Source: Anolis carolinensis (taxonomy: Eukaryota). Taken from it: 64,000 nt of DNA. The stretch is taken from positions 255,684,812-255,748,811 of the forward strand of contig NC_085844.1 in assembly GCF_035594765.1 (NCBI RefSeq). Reading direction: 5' to 3'. Below the pieces are notes generated by a model that was not told the origin of the DNA, did no database searches, and was given only the letters and a program-made list of their open reading frames with translations. The stretch's first letter is position 1, and every line of letters starts with the position of its first letter. This document shows positions 1 through 11,964 of the stretch, one piece after another. The position numbers and the translations under genes are program-made.

Positions 1-401
1 ACGGGATGGATGGTTTAGGGCCGGCATGGGCAAACTTTGGCCCTCCCTCCAGGTGTTTTGGATTTTAACTCACACCATTTCTAACAGCTCCCAGGAAGCC
101 TGGCTGGGGATTATCGGCGGCATCTTCTTGTCCCTCAGATGGGAGGATCCCCATAGCTGGCATGTCTGGTGACCACGGGGTGCATGCCTATGCGCACATG
201 CCTTCTTTCTGGGTTGTTGTATGTCTTCCGGGCTGTGTGACCACGTTCCTGAAGTATTATCTCCTCTTTCTCTTCCCTTCAAACCCCAGCAGTCACTGAC
301 CCCATCCTTTTGCACTGAGTGCCATCCAATTATAGTGCAACAGGCATAACAAGGGTCTGCACGACACAACGACGACAACAACACTTTATAACCCACCCTA
401 T

Positions 402-953
402 TGTCAGAAATATTAAAAATTAAATAGCTATTTTTAATTACAAAAATGTGAGTCAAGCACTAAAAGGGTTAAATAAGCTAGTGTTGCCCTGAGGAGGAGA
501 GTGAGTAGGCTGAAGCCTGTTAATGTTAGTCAGCCTCAGTGAGAGACGGTCTCGGTGTGTGAGAAGCTTCGGTGAGAGAAGTCCTAGGTTGAAGGCCTCA
601 TGTGTAAATGTTACTGTGTGAAGCTCCTGTGTAAGTTCATTGCGAGAGGAGGCTCTGTGAGAGCGAAGCTGTTTATCTGCATGAGAAAGAAGCCCAGCGT
701 GGAAGCAAAGAAGGAAGTATAAAGAACTTTATTTATGTTATGGAAGCCTTGTTTTTGTAAATAGTGAAACAATATTATTTTGCTATAAAGAAAAGCCAGA
801 AGCCCCTCCAAAGGAATAGATGACATTGGTCTATGTGTTTTGGTTCTTTTTATCTTTTTCGGCTACTGGTGCTGGGTCACGCTGCTGCTAATAAGTTACT
901 CTGCTATATGTTTATGGGGAAGGTCTTTAGTTAATAAGCCCACTCACCCAACA
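402..953 (+). mobile_element. Probable solo LTR inserted in a decayed L2 3' tail
   Basis: TG(tcag)...(ccaa)CA ends with cctat/ccta flanks. The L2-tail-like sequence before 401 (ttataacccacccta) resumes near 1429 (tctccttgaggggactcagg). Confidence 0.4.
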
Positions 954-957
954 CCTA

Positions 958-1376
958 CCCTGTTTCCCCGAAAATAAGACATCCCCAGAAAATAAGACCT
1001 AGTAGAGGTTTTGCTGAATTGCTAAATATAAGGCCTCCCCCCGAAAGTAAGACCTAGCAAAGGTTTTGTTTGGAAGCATGTCCGCCGAACAGAACACCAG
1101 AGCATGCGGGATCGGTAAATGTACATACCATAGAGTGTTGTACATGGAAATAATGGTAGTAACAAGACATTCTTGATAGGATCCACAGTTTGTCTGGTTA
1201 TGCTGGTTTGTGATGACAACTACTGTACAGTATATAAGAAATGTTCCTTTTTTCCCCAACAATAAATGTGAATTCTTCTTCATGGAAAACTAAGACATCC
1301 CCTGAAAATAAGACCTAACGCATCTTTGGGAGCAAAAAATAATATAAGACACTGTCTTATTTTCAGGGAAACACGA
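958..1376. mobile_element. Tc1/mariner (Tigger-like) non-autonomous MITE
   Basis: Terminal inverted repeats ccctgtttccccgaaaataagac / gtcttattttcagggaaacacga, TA on both sides, internal aaaataagac subrepeats. Confidence 0.75.
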
Positions 1377-1616
1377 TATATGTTTATGGGGAAGGTCTTT
1401 AGTTAATAAGCCCACTCGCCCAAGACCTGTCTCCTTGAGGGGACTCAGGGGGGTGATGTGCAGTGACACTAGTGCCGGGAGGGCACATCAGGGCGGGCAA
1501 GAGGGATCTTTTCCTCATTGTATTCTTGCGGCCAGGGGCACTAGGACCTGTCCTCCTCCCGGCAGCCCGGTCAGTGCTCCTTTTTGGGGACCTCGGTGGT
1601 GTCCGGTTGGCGTCAG

Positions 1617-1650
1617 CAGCTGCCTTGACTCAGAGCCCACTTAAAAATAG
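1617..1650 (+). promoter_or_regulatory. Muscle-type proximal promoter motifs of NEURL2 (E-box, MEF2/TATA-like)
   Basis: CAGCTG at 1617-1622 and TTAAAAATAG (YTAWWWWTAR) at 1641-1650, ~33 bp before the ATG. Confidence 0.5.
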
Positions 1651-1682
1651 CCTCAGTGCAGCAGCTCCCGAGAGGGCCAGAG

Positions 1683-2388
1683 ATGTCCGCTCCGGCTGTG
1701 GCTGCTGGGTCCCGCCACCGGCAGCTCCCTCCCACCCACTTCCACCACGTCCACGGGGCCAACATCTGGCTGGACCCTTCCAGCACCCAGGCCACCCGCC
1801 TGGAGAGCTTTGCCAACGGGGTCTGCTTCAGCCGGGAGCCCCTGGAGCCCGGCCAGATCTTCCTGGTGGAGATCGAGGAGAAGGAGCTGGGCTGGTGCGG
1901 CCACCTGCGGGTGGGTCTGACAGCACTTGACCCCGACGGCCTGGAGGCAGTGCCCGAGTACTCCTTGCCGGACCTGGTCAACATGGGCAACAGCTGGGTC
2001 TTTGCCATCACCCGCAACCACAACCGGGTTGTGCCGGAGGGGGACCAGGAACAGAGCCGGGACCTGCTCTCCTCACCATACCTGTGCATCGAGGAAGCGA
2101 TCCGGATCCCCCGGGACAAGCTGGTGGGGCGCAGTCGGCCCGGGCGCTACAGCCACCTCCTGGATGACCTCTACAAGAGCAACGCCCTCCCTCCCACGGC
2201 CCGGAAGAGCCGGATCGGGGTGCTGTACACGCCGAGGCCGGACGGGACGGCCGACATGCACATCGTCATCAACGGGGAGGACATGGGCCCCAGTGCCAGG
2301 GGGCTGCCGGCCTCCCGCCCGCTCTACGCCGTGGTCGACGTCTTCGCCTCCACCAAGAGCGTCCGCATCATCCAGGTGGAATATGGAT
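1683..2388 (+). CDS. NEURL2: Neuralized E3 ligase 2 (Ozz), coding exon 1 (NHR domain)
   Basis: FHHVHGANIWLD...SFANGVCFSREPL...ELGWCGHLRVGLT...LYAVVDVFASTKSVR matches NEURL2. Donor GAT|GTAGGT after 2388, phase 1. Confidence 0.95.
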
Positions 2389-2834
2389 GTAGGTATTGGG
2401 ACCCCCGGCAGAATGCCCCTCTGTGCCTCCCTATCTCCACCATGCATGATCCTTGGGTCTTCCTTGGCAATGGAAGCAGGAACATGGGTCATCTTATGTG
2501 TCAACTTATGTGACCCTTCCCCAGATAGATGGTGGACTGCAGCTCTTGTAGTCCTCCTCCTCATTAGACCTCATGAGCAGAGCTGTTAGGATACAGTCAC
2601 ATCTTGAAGGTGGCTGTTGGTTCAGTTGAGTCAGGTTTGAATTTAGATCAAGAATAGGCCAACTTTCTCCAACACCCCCAACCTCAGAGCTACAAGGGCT
2701 GTTGGCCTGCCATTCCCATTATCCTCCAAAGTGGTGAGGGTTGTCACACAATAACATCTGGGGACCCAAACTAGATAAAATCTAAATCACCAACTATTAT
2801 GGGGAAAAATATATATATAGTTGGCCGTATTTAT

Positions 2835-4875
2835 CCTGGGATTCTCCACCCATGGATTCAAGACCCTTTGAAGGCAACCCCAAGGTAGATGTGGCCATCA
2901 GTGAAAGTGAGTCCTGGGATTCTCCACCCATGGATTCAGGACCCTTTGAAGGCAACCGTAAGGTAGATGTGGCCATCAATGAAAGTGAGTCCTGGGATTC
3001 GCCATCCATGGATTCAGGAACTTTTGAAGGCAACCGTAAGGTAGATGTGGCCATCAATGAAAGTGAGTCCTGGGATTCTCCATCCATGGATTCAGGACCC
3101 TTTGACGGCAACCCCAAGGTAGATTTGGCCTTCAATGAAAGTGAGTCCTGGGATTCTCCATCCATGGATTCAGGACCCTTTGAAGGCAACCCTAAGGTAG
3201 ATGTGGCCATGAGTGAAAGTGAGTCTGACCAATGAAAGTGAGTCTGACCAATGAAAGTGAGTCCTGGGATTCTCCATCCATGGATTCAGGACCCTTTGAA
3301 GGCAACCCCAAGGTAGATGTGGCCATCAATGAAAGTGAGTCTGATCAATGAAAGTGAGTCCTGGGATTCTCCATCCATGGATTCAGGACCCTTTGAAGGC
3401 AACCCTAAGGTAGATGTGGCCATGAGTGAAAGTGAGTCTGACCAATGAAAGTGAGTCCTGGGATTCTCTATCCATGGATTCAGGACCCTTTGAAGCCAAC
3501 CCCAAGGTAGATGTGGCCATCAATGAAAGTGAGTCTGATCAATGAAAGTGAGTCCTGGGATTCTCCATCCATGGATTCAGGACCCTTTGAAGGCAACCCT
3601 ATGGTAGATGTGGCCATGAGTGAAAGTGAGTCTGACCAATGAAAGTGAGTCCTGGGATTCTCCATCCATGGATTCAGGACCCTTTGAAGGTAACCCCAAG
3701 GTAGATATGGCCATCAGTGAAAGTGAGTCTGATCTATGAAGGTGAGTCCTAGGATTCTCCATCCATGGATTCAGGACTCTTTGAAGGCAACCCTAAGGTA
3801 GATGTGACCATCAATGAAAGTGAGTCTGAGCAATGAAGGTAAGTCCTAGGATTCTCCATCCATGGATTCAGGACCCCTTGAAGGCAACCCTATGGTAGAT
3901 GTGGCCATCAATGAAAGTGAGTCTGACCAATGAAAGTGAGTCCTGGGATTCTCCATCCATGGATTCAGGAACCTTTGACGGCAACCCCAAGGTAGATTTG
4001 GCTTTCAATGAAAGTGAGTCCTGGGATTCTCCATCCATGGATTCAGGACCCTTTGAAGGCAACCCTAAGGTAGATGTGGCCATGAGTGAAAGTGAGTCTG
4101 ACCAATGAAAGTGAGTCCTGGGATTCTCCATCCATGGATTCAGGACCCTTTGAAGTCAACCCTAAGGTAGATGTGGCCATGAGTGAAAGTGAGTCTGACC
4201 AATGAAAGTGAGTCCTGGGATTCTCTATCCATGGATTCAGGACCCTTTGAAGGCAACCCCAAGGTAGATGTGGCCATCAATGAAAGTGAGTCTGATCAAT
4301 GAAAATGAGTCCTGGGATTCTCCATCCATGGATTCAGGACCCTTTGAAGGCAACCCTATGGTAGATGTGGCCATGAGTGAAAGTGAGTCTGACCAATGAA
4401 AGTGAGTCCTGGGATTCTCCATCCATAGATTCAGGACCCTTTGAAGGTAACCCCAAGGTAGATGTGGCCATCAGTGAAAGTGAGTCTGATCTATGAAGGT
4501 GAGTCCTAGGATTCTCCATCCATGGATTCAGGACTCTTTGAAGGCAACCCTAAGGTAGATGTGACCATCAATGAAAGTGAGTCTGAGCAATGAAGGTAAG
4601 TCCTAGGATTCTCCATCCATGGATTCAGGACCCCTTGAAGGCAACCCTATGGTAGATGTGGCCATCAATGAAAGTGAGTCTGACCAATGAAAGTGAGTCC
4701 TGGGATTCTCCATCCATGGATTCAGGACTCTTTGAAGGCAACCCTAAGGTAGATGTGACCATCAATGAAAGTGAGTCTGACCAATGAAAGTGAGTCCTGG
4801 GATTCTCCATCCATGGATTCAGGAGCCTTTGGAGGCAACCCTATGGTAGATGTGGCCATCAATGAAAGTGAGTCA
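2835..4875. repeat. Intronic tandem array: ~22 units of 78/97 bp with a 757-bp higher-order repeat
   Basis: 78-bp core (gaaagtgagtcctgggattctcc...ccatcaat) with or without a 19-bp add-on (gaaagtgagtctgaccaat). Variant units recur 757 bp apart. Confidence 0.95.
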
Positions 4876-5302
4876 GCCTTAAGGCCTGGCTCTTGGCCAA
4901 TCATAGATGGGAGCCTGATTATTCTCTTGGGTTGAGCAAGTGGGCCAGGAGCCATTGAAGTGTGGGTGAGGTGCTCCGGCCAGGGAGAAAGAGAAGAAGA
5001 GGTCCCACGCTGTTATTTGGGAAAGGAAGGCCTAGATGAAGGGATGGGGTGCAGCAGGGAAGGATGGAGGCCCAGGAAGGAAGGTCCATCAGGAGGGAGA
5101 TGGTGGAGCAAAGGACCAGGGAACGCCTGGCTCGGTCCCTGCCAGTCTCCTGAGCCTACTTGGCACATAGCTTTGAGAACTGGACTTCGCCATAACGTGA
5201 GCATGAGCCAAGTGATGATGATGTGTGATGCTGCAGCGGAAAAGCCTGCATGAATAGACGCCTAGATCTGTGACTGATAATGACTAAGGAGATAAAGCCT
5301 TA

Positions 5303-5635
5303 GGGCCCCCCGGTTGTGCAGTGGGTTAAAGTGCTGTGCTGCTGAACGTGTGGACCAAAAGGTCACAGGTTTGAATCCAGAGAGCAGAGTGAGCACCCAT
5401 TGTTAGCCCCAGCTTCTGCCAACCTAGCAGTTCGAAAATTTGCAAATATGAGTAGATCAATTGGTACCGCTCTGGTGGGAAGATAACGGCGCTCCATTCA
5501 ATCATTCCTATGGCCACATGACCTTGGAGGTGTCTATGGACAACGCCGGCTCTTCAGCTTAGAAATGGAGATGAGCAGCAACCCCGAGTCGGACACGACT
5601 AGACTTAATGTCAGGGGAAACCTTTACCTTTACCT
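5303..5635 (+). mobile_element. Sauria-type SINE, near full length
   Basis: tRNA-like head, core ccaacctagcagttcgaaa, 3' gagtcggacacgact and (ACCTTT)n tail. Confidence 0.85.
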
Positions 5636-6049
5636 AAGGAGAGTCAGTTAGAGAGCTGATCTTGTTTTGACAAGTCTTTTCAAATGGAACTCTGCTCGGA
5701 ATTGCCCCGTCTTGGGAAGCGGCCCCCTCATTCCCAGGCCTTTAGTTGTCTTGTTGGGAATCTAATAAAAACGATGCACCATCTCTCTCCAGAAAAAAAA
5801 GTGAATTTGAACTCAGTAGAGGGAAGGAGACTGAGAAGGGAAGCAGCCCAGTTTTTTACATATGCTTTACAGACCCCCAAAAACCCCTGAATAGATTCCC
5901 ACTGGGGTCCCGGAGCCAAAGTTGAAGAACCTGTGGCTTTGAGTTCAAGTCCTTGGGCCGCAGAGTTTGGGGACGGATGGCATGGGGGGGGGGGGGCTTG
6001 GGGTTTTGTGTCTTGTGCAGATGTGTCTGGTGATGTGTGTGTTTAGTCT

Positions 6050-6238
6050 CTGGTTTTTAACATTGTATCCTGCTTGTTGATTTTAATGATTGTTTTTATT
6101 GATGTTGGTGTTTTTTACTGGGATAATTGTTTTATTGCTTTGTTACTGTTATTTGTTTGTTTTATCGGGCCTGGCCCCATGTAAGCCGCCCCGAGTCCCT
6201 TCGGGGAGATGGGGCAGGGTATAAAAATAAAGTTGTTG

Positions 6239-6302
<64 letters not shown>
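6050..6302 (+). mobile_element. L2 3' tail ending in (TTA)n
   Basis: ggccccatgtaagccgccccgagtccc...ggggcagggtataaaaataaa then (TTA)n; same tail as the L2 at 10.5 kb. Confidence 0.7.
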
Positions 6303-7121
6303 CAACACAACGACGTTGTATGGCACAGCAAACAAGATAGATATGCTGGATTTCGTTTTGCAAAACCACAAGTCGAACACTTCCCAAGTGTCTAGGACTG
6401 TGTGATGTATTTTCGGATGATGTGTGCAGATCCCAGTAGGGTGGCCTTTTGCAGTTGGCAGATGGTGATTTTGTCAATGTCTATTGTTTCCAAATGCCGG
6501 CTGAGATCTTTTGGCACAGCACCCAGTGTGCCCATCACCACTGGGACCACCTATACTGGTTTCTGCCAGAGTCTTTGAAGTTCAATCTTGAGGTCCTGAG
6601 AGCGGCTGAGTTTTTCCTGTTGTTTTTCATCTATGCGACTGTCACCTGGGATGGCAACATCAATGATCCAAACCTTGTTCTTTTCCACAACTGTGATGTC
6701 TGGTGTGTTGTGTTCCAGAACTTTGTCAGTCTGGATTCGGAAGTCCCACAGTATCTTTGCATGTTCATTTTCCAATACTTTTGCAGGTTTGTGATCCCAC
6801 CAGTTCTTTGCTGCTGGGAGGTGGTACTTGAGGCATAAGTTCCAATGAATCATTTGGGCCACATAGTTGTGCCTCTGTTTGTAGTCTGTCTGTGCGATTT
6901 TCTTACAGCAGCTGAGGATATGATCCATGGTTTCGTCGGTTTCCTTGCACAGTCTGCATTTTGGGTCATCAGCTGATTTTTCGATCTTGGCCTTAATGGC
7001 CTTTGTTCTGATGTCTTGCTCCTGGGCTGCAAGGATCAGGCCTTCTGTCTCCTTCTTCAGGGTCCCATTCGTGAGCCAGAGCCAGGTCTTCTCCTTATCA
7101 GCTTTTCCTTCAATTTTGTCA

Positions 7122-7126
<5 letters not shown>
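6303..7126 (-). mobile_element. Dong/R4-clade non-LTR retrotransposon, 5'-truncated
   Basis: CRLC...HILSCC zinc knuckle, RHN, KILWDF, TPDI..IIDVAIP restriction-like endonuclease; (TTA)n on both sides. Confidence 0.85.
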
Positions 7127-7178
<52 letters not shown>

Positions 7179-7432
7179 TATTATTATTATGTGTGTTTAG
7201 CTTGGATCCACCTCAGTCAGTCCTTAGGCTGCCCTGCTCCAGAGCTTACGGGGTTTCTTTTGAAACACTCTCTTGTTGTGACTTTGGAAAGGACACTCCT
7301 GTGTCCAGGGCTGCTGAGAACCCAAGCAAGTCTTCTTCGCTCTTGGGAAGACAAGGACACACCACTGCTTCTGCTTAAATGCTACGTTTTAAAGAAAACT
7401 ATTCTGTTTTCATGGAAGTAGATGGGCGTCAA

Positions 7433-7700
7433 TTAAACCATAGCAACTTCCACTTCCACAGAAGACTTGAAACTAAGAGCCGTGACCTCCTGAACAGGAC
7501 TGCAAATGAACAAGATAGTTGTGGACAGGCACCTGGAAATGATCCCAGGTTTCGGCACCTTTCCCCACACAGTGTTGGTTCCCAGAGAGCCTTGCTGGTC
7601 ACGCCAACCGGTCCTTTTGCTTTTAGGTCCTTCTCTGTGAAACCTCTTATCAGATCTGCACAGACCTTCTCTAGACACTTTGCATTACGACTTGTCAAGG
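7433..7700 (-). pseudogene. RPS20: RPS20 processed pseudogene, frameshifted
   Basis: LTSRNAKCLEKVCADLIRG..EKDLKAKGPV, CGE..TWDHFQ and VEVEVA lie in different frames with no introns. Confidence 0.85.
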
Positions 7701-8486
7701 CTGAAAGGCACCGGGGAAGCACCTGGGAACAGGAAGCTGCCATTCATTGAGTCAGAATCACCTGAAATATCATCATCTTGAGCCAAGGCTGCCAACACCC
7801 ATGAATGGCAATTCGCCCGTTCCAAAGAAGGTTGCCAAGAACCAGCCCAACTGGCTCCTCGGAGTGTGTTTGTTGCAGGCATGGAGGGAAAACACCTTGT
7901 TGTTGTTGCCGGTCCGGTCTGGTGTGCGGGGCCTCCTCCTCTCTCGCCTCCTCCTCCGCCACATTTCCCATTCGGGGCCACACCTTTCTCCATCCTGGGT
8001 TTTGTGTTGCAAATTCATCCGCTAATTACTGTCCGATGTTGAATAACCACCATTGTTATGCATGTATTTATGTAACATATTCATAAGCAAAGCATTTTGT
8101 AGAACTTAATTGGGCAGAATGATTTCTGTCTCGAGAAAATTGCAATGCAAATGTCTCTGGAATGGGAGGTGGGTCAAAGTGGGAGCGGCTGGGCCTTCAG
8201 ATGCTCTTAGGCGTGCCTAGGCCTCAGGGGTGGTTGCTGTTGTTTGTTGTTGTGTGCCTTTGTCCTTTCCGACTCCTGGCCATTCAGCGGGGTTTTCTGA
8301 GGCTAGGAGTGCATGACTTGCCCACGATCTTAATAAAATCTCAAGGGCTGGAAGGGATCCCGACTAAAGGGATGACATCAAAGCATTCCCAAAAGATGCC
8401 CACCCAGCCTGTTTAAGGAGCTCCAAAGAAGGAGAGCGTTCCGCTTGAACAGGTCTCCCCAATCCTAGAATCCTAGAGGTGGAAGG

Positions 8487-9091
8487 TGTTGGGAATCATC
8501 CTGGACTACTCAAGTCTAGATGTAGTTACATAGATGATAGAGTTAGATGGAGGGAATCCTTTCCTTGTTTCCAAAGCATGCCTAGACAGGCTTTACTGTG
8601 TTTCACTCTATCCTGTGTACGTCACATCCCTTACTTTGAAGTTAGTAGAAATGTGAATCTCCAGGGACACTAACTTCCCATTGGTCAGAATGTCTTTTAT
8701 GGCCCCAATAAACTGGACCATGAGGTTGGAACCATTTTGGTTCTCTCTTCTCCTTTGTTCTTCAAGCTAACTACACGTCCTGCCATCTCTCCTGGCAAGA
8801 TGTAACTATTTAGATGTTTCTTATTTTTCCTTAGAAACCAGTCTAGAGTAGACTAGACAGCTCCCAAGCCTTTCTATCTACAATGGAGTTCTTTTTACCT
8901 GAATAAATACTTTTTGAACTTTTACTGAGACTCTGCAGTCCATTGCAATCCTAAATGGTCAAAGGCTTCTCTTGTTTGTGTAAGTAACTGTTGCATTTGA
9001 AAGCTTTGCTTTTGCTACTCTGCTGATTTTTGGTGGAATCTCCCCCAGAGAGGGTTAAATTGAATCTAACCGCTCAGAGATGACCACAACA
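8487..9091 (+). mobile_element. Solo LTR (605 bp) inserted in a CR1 3' fragment
   Basis: TGTTG...CAACA ends, perfect 5-bp TSD GAAGG (8482-8486 and 9092-9096), internal AATAAA near 8902. Confidence 0.85.
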
Positions 9092-10201
9092 GAAGGCACC
9101 CCCAGGGCCCACCTAGTCCAACCCGCATCTGCCAGGCAGGAAGATACAAGTAAAGCCGCTCTGGATCTATTTTACAAGAGGAAAAGAGATTCCACTCAAA
9201 CTTTAGGAAGAACATCCTGAGAGTAAGAGCTCTCTGGCAGTGGAATAAATGTCTGCCGCAAAGTCCAATGGGGTCTCCTTCCTTATCTGAAGGTTTTTAA
9301 GCAGGGTCTGTCTGTCTGTCTGTCTGTCTGTCTGTTGGGAGGGCTTGGATGGTGTCCGTCTGCCTGGCAGAAAGATGGGGACTGGATTGGATGGTCTTCA
9401 GGGACCTTCCCACCTGGCAGCGGGGGTTGTATTGGATGCCCTTTAGAGGTCCCTTCCAACTCTAGGACTGATTCTATGTTCTCTGTGAAAAGGGTGGCAT
9501 TGGGGAGCAGTGCCCCAGTGCAAATGGGGACGGGGGTGGAGGGGTGGGGTCTGCCTCCTTTGAAAGCCCAGCTGACGTATGGTGGCCCAAAGCTGCAAAA
9601 CCAAAGGCAACGCTCCGGGGAGGAAATGGAGGAACTGGGAAGCTGGGACATGCTTTGAGGAAGAGCAGCAAAGCGTGGGAATCATACTATGCCACAAAAT
9701 TTGAGAAGAAAAATCTGTTCCTGGTTTGAAAATCTCATTTCCTGCTTGACTGTGCGGTACTTACTTTGAAAGGAGTTGTTATGCTCCAGAAGCTTCGTTT
9801 TTGTGGCTGCCACAAACTAGGTTGAGTTGGTTGAGACTCTATGAGAGATTCATTGAAAAACTAGAGCTAAAGGATCATGTCCCTCCTGCAAAGGCAAAGT
9901 GTCTGCAGTTTAAGAAACTTTCCCCGTGTTTTTATGATAGAACCAATTAGGAAATAATGACATTTATAACCGAGGAACAAAAATTGTGTAAGGCCAAAGC
10001 CTTTGATTCATTTGCATGTTGAGGTTGTGAGGCACCACCGAGAGAGGAGAGGCCAGTTGCGGAGAGAACAGTTGTGGGAATCGATGCATTCAGGCCGAGA
10101 GGTGAGAGGGCAGAGGCACCTTGACCCTCTGTCCTCATGCGGAAAGTGGGGCAGGACTGAATGCGTTTGCATGGCAAGAAAGCGGTTCCTACTAAACATC
10201 C

Positions 10202-10259
<58 letters not shown>

Positions 10260-10490
10260 TTATATTCCACCCTTCTCCCCGAGGGGACTCAGAGTGGATT
10301 ACAGCATTTACATACATAGGCAAACATTCAATGCCTTTACAGTCATATACAGTGAGGACACACAAACACAAACAAAGGCAAAGGCTCCTCCTTTCATTTC
10401 CGGCTTCTAGAGGCAGTGCTCATCTCTGGCTCTGGGAGCTTTTCTCAATTTTCAAGCCGAGGAGCCTGCGCTGTCACCTCCTGGTTGTGT

Positions 10491-11964
10491 AATAATAATA
10501 ATAATAATAAAAAAACTTTATTTATACCCCGCCACCATCTCCCCAATGGGGACTCGGGGCGGCTTACATGGGGCCACGCCCAAAACAATACAATGTAAAC
10601 AGCATATAAAAGAACAGCACACCACAATACAGTAAACAATACAGTAAATAATATCCATTACAAAATAAAACAAGGAGACAATAAAAACAAGGGCAGACCA
10701 CATGAACATTAAGTTAAAACTCGGGGTGAGAAAGACATAAAAATAAAAACCACAGCGAACAGAGTCATAAGGGAGTGGGGTATTCTGGAGGATAGATATT
10801 AGGGGGAGCAACGGAAAAGAAATATAAAATGGTTACTCTCCAAAAGCGCAGCGAAAGAGCCATGTTTTCAAGTCTTTCTTGAAGGCTGCTAGTGTGGGGG
10901 CTTGCCTAATCTCAGCGGGCAGAGAATTCCACAATCGGGGGGCCACAGCAGAGAAGGCCCCTCCCTTGTTCTCACAAGGCGGGTCTGGGATATCGGGAGT
11001 GGGGACAGGAAAGCTTCCCCTGATGAGCGAAGGGATCGGGCAGGTTTATGGTAGGAAATACGGTCACGAAGGTAGGCGGGTCCCAAACCGTTTAGGGCTT
11101 TATATGTGATGGTATACACCTTGAATTGGGACTGGAAAATAAAAGGCAGCCAGTGGAGCTCCTTGAACAGGGGAGTAGATCTCTCCCTGTAACTCGCCCC
11201 CGTAATTAACCTGGCAGCCGAGCGCTGGACCAATTGTAGTTTCCAGGCCATCTTCAAGGGAAGCCCCACGTAGAGTGCATTACAGTAGTCCAGTCTAGAG
11301 GTAACCAAGGCATGCACCACCGTGGTCAAGTCAGACTTCACGAGGTATGGTCGCAGTTGGCGCACAAGTTTGAGTTGTGCGAAAGCCCTCCCGGCCACCG
11401 CCGACACCTGCGCCTCAAGCGTCAATGCTGAATCCAGGAGGACCCCCAAACTGCAATGGACCTGTGGTTTCAGGGGGAGTGCGACCCCGTCCAGCACAGG
11501 TTGCCACCCAATACCCCGATCCGACGCGCGACTGACCAGGAGGGCCTCTGTCTTGTCGGGATTGATCCTCAGCTTGTTCCTCCTCATCCAGTCCGCCACA
11601 GCGGCCAGGCACTGGTTCAGCATCCGAGGGGCTTCCTTGGAGTCAGATGGGAACGAGTAGTGGATTTGCGTGTCATCCGCGTAGAGATGGCAACACCCTC
11701 CAAAACTCCGGATGACCTCTCCCAGCGGTTTCATGTAGATGTTGAATAGCATGGGGGATAGGATAGACCCTTGCGGGACCCCACAGGTCAATGGCCGGGG
11801 GTCCGAGCAGGTGTCCCCCAGCTTCACCATCTGGGAACGGCCCTCCAGGAAGGACTGGAGCCACTGCAGAACCGTGCCACCGAGCCCCATCCCAGAGAGC
11901 CTCCCCAGAAGGATACCATGGTCGATGGTATCGAAAGCCGCAGAGATGTCCAACAAAATGAGAT
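10491..11964 (-). mobile_element. L2-clade LINE, 5'-truncated, RT ORF open
   Basis: LLDISAAFDTIDH, GVPQGSILSP, YADDTQ, SRLDYCN, LHWLP; 3'UTR with (TTA)n tail. Splits a minus-strand Sauria SINE (~10370-10490 and ~11965-12150). Confidence 0.92.

Noticed and set aside
2389-2513. NEURL2 as a single-exon 285-aa ORF
   Set aside because: Homology ends at the donor after 2388; the SOCS-box exon lies at 16146.
2797-4955. Repeated ORFs (ESESWDSPSMDSG...) on both strands
   Set aside because: By-product of a 78-bp unit divisible by 3; the 97-bp units break the frame; intronic location.
6115-6477. Poly-N/poly-I ORFs
   Set aside because: Translations of (TTA)n microsatellites.
7744-8090. GC-richer segment with several overlapping ORFs next to the RPS20 pseudogene
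   Set aside because: No protein family recognised; a homology search is needed.
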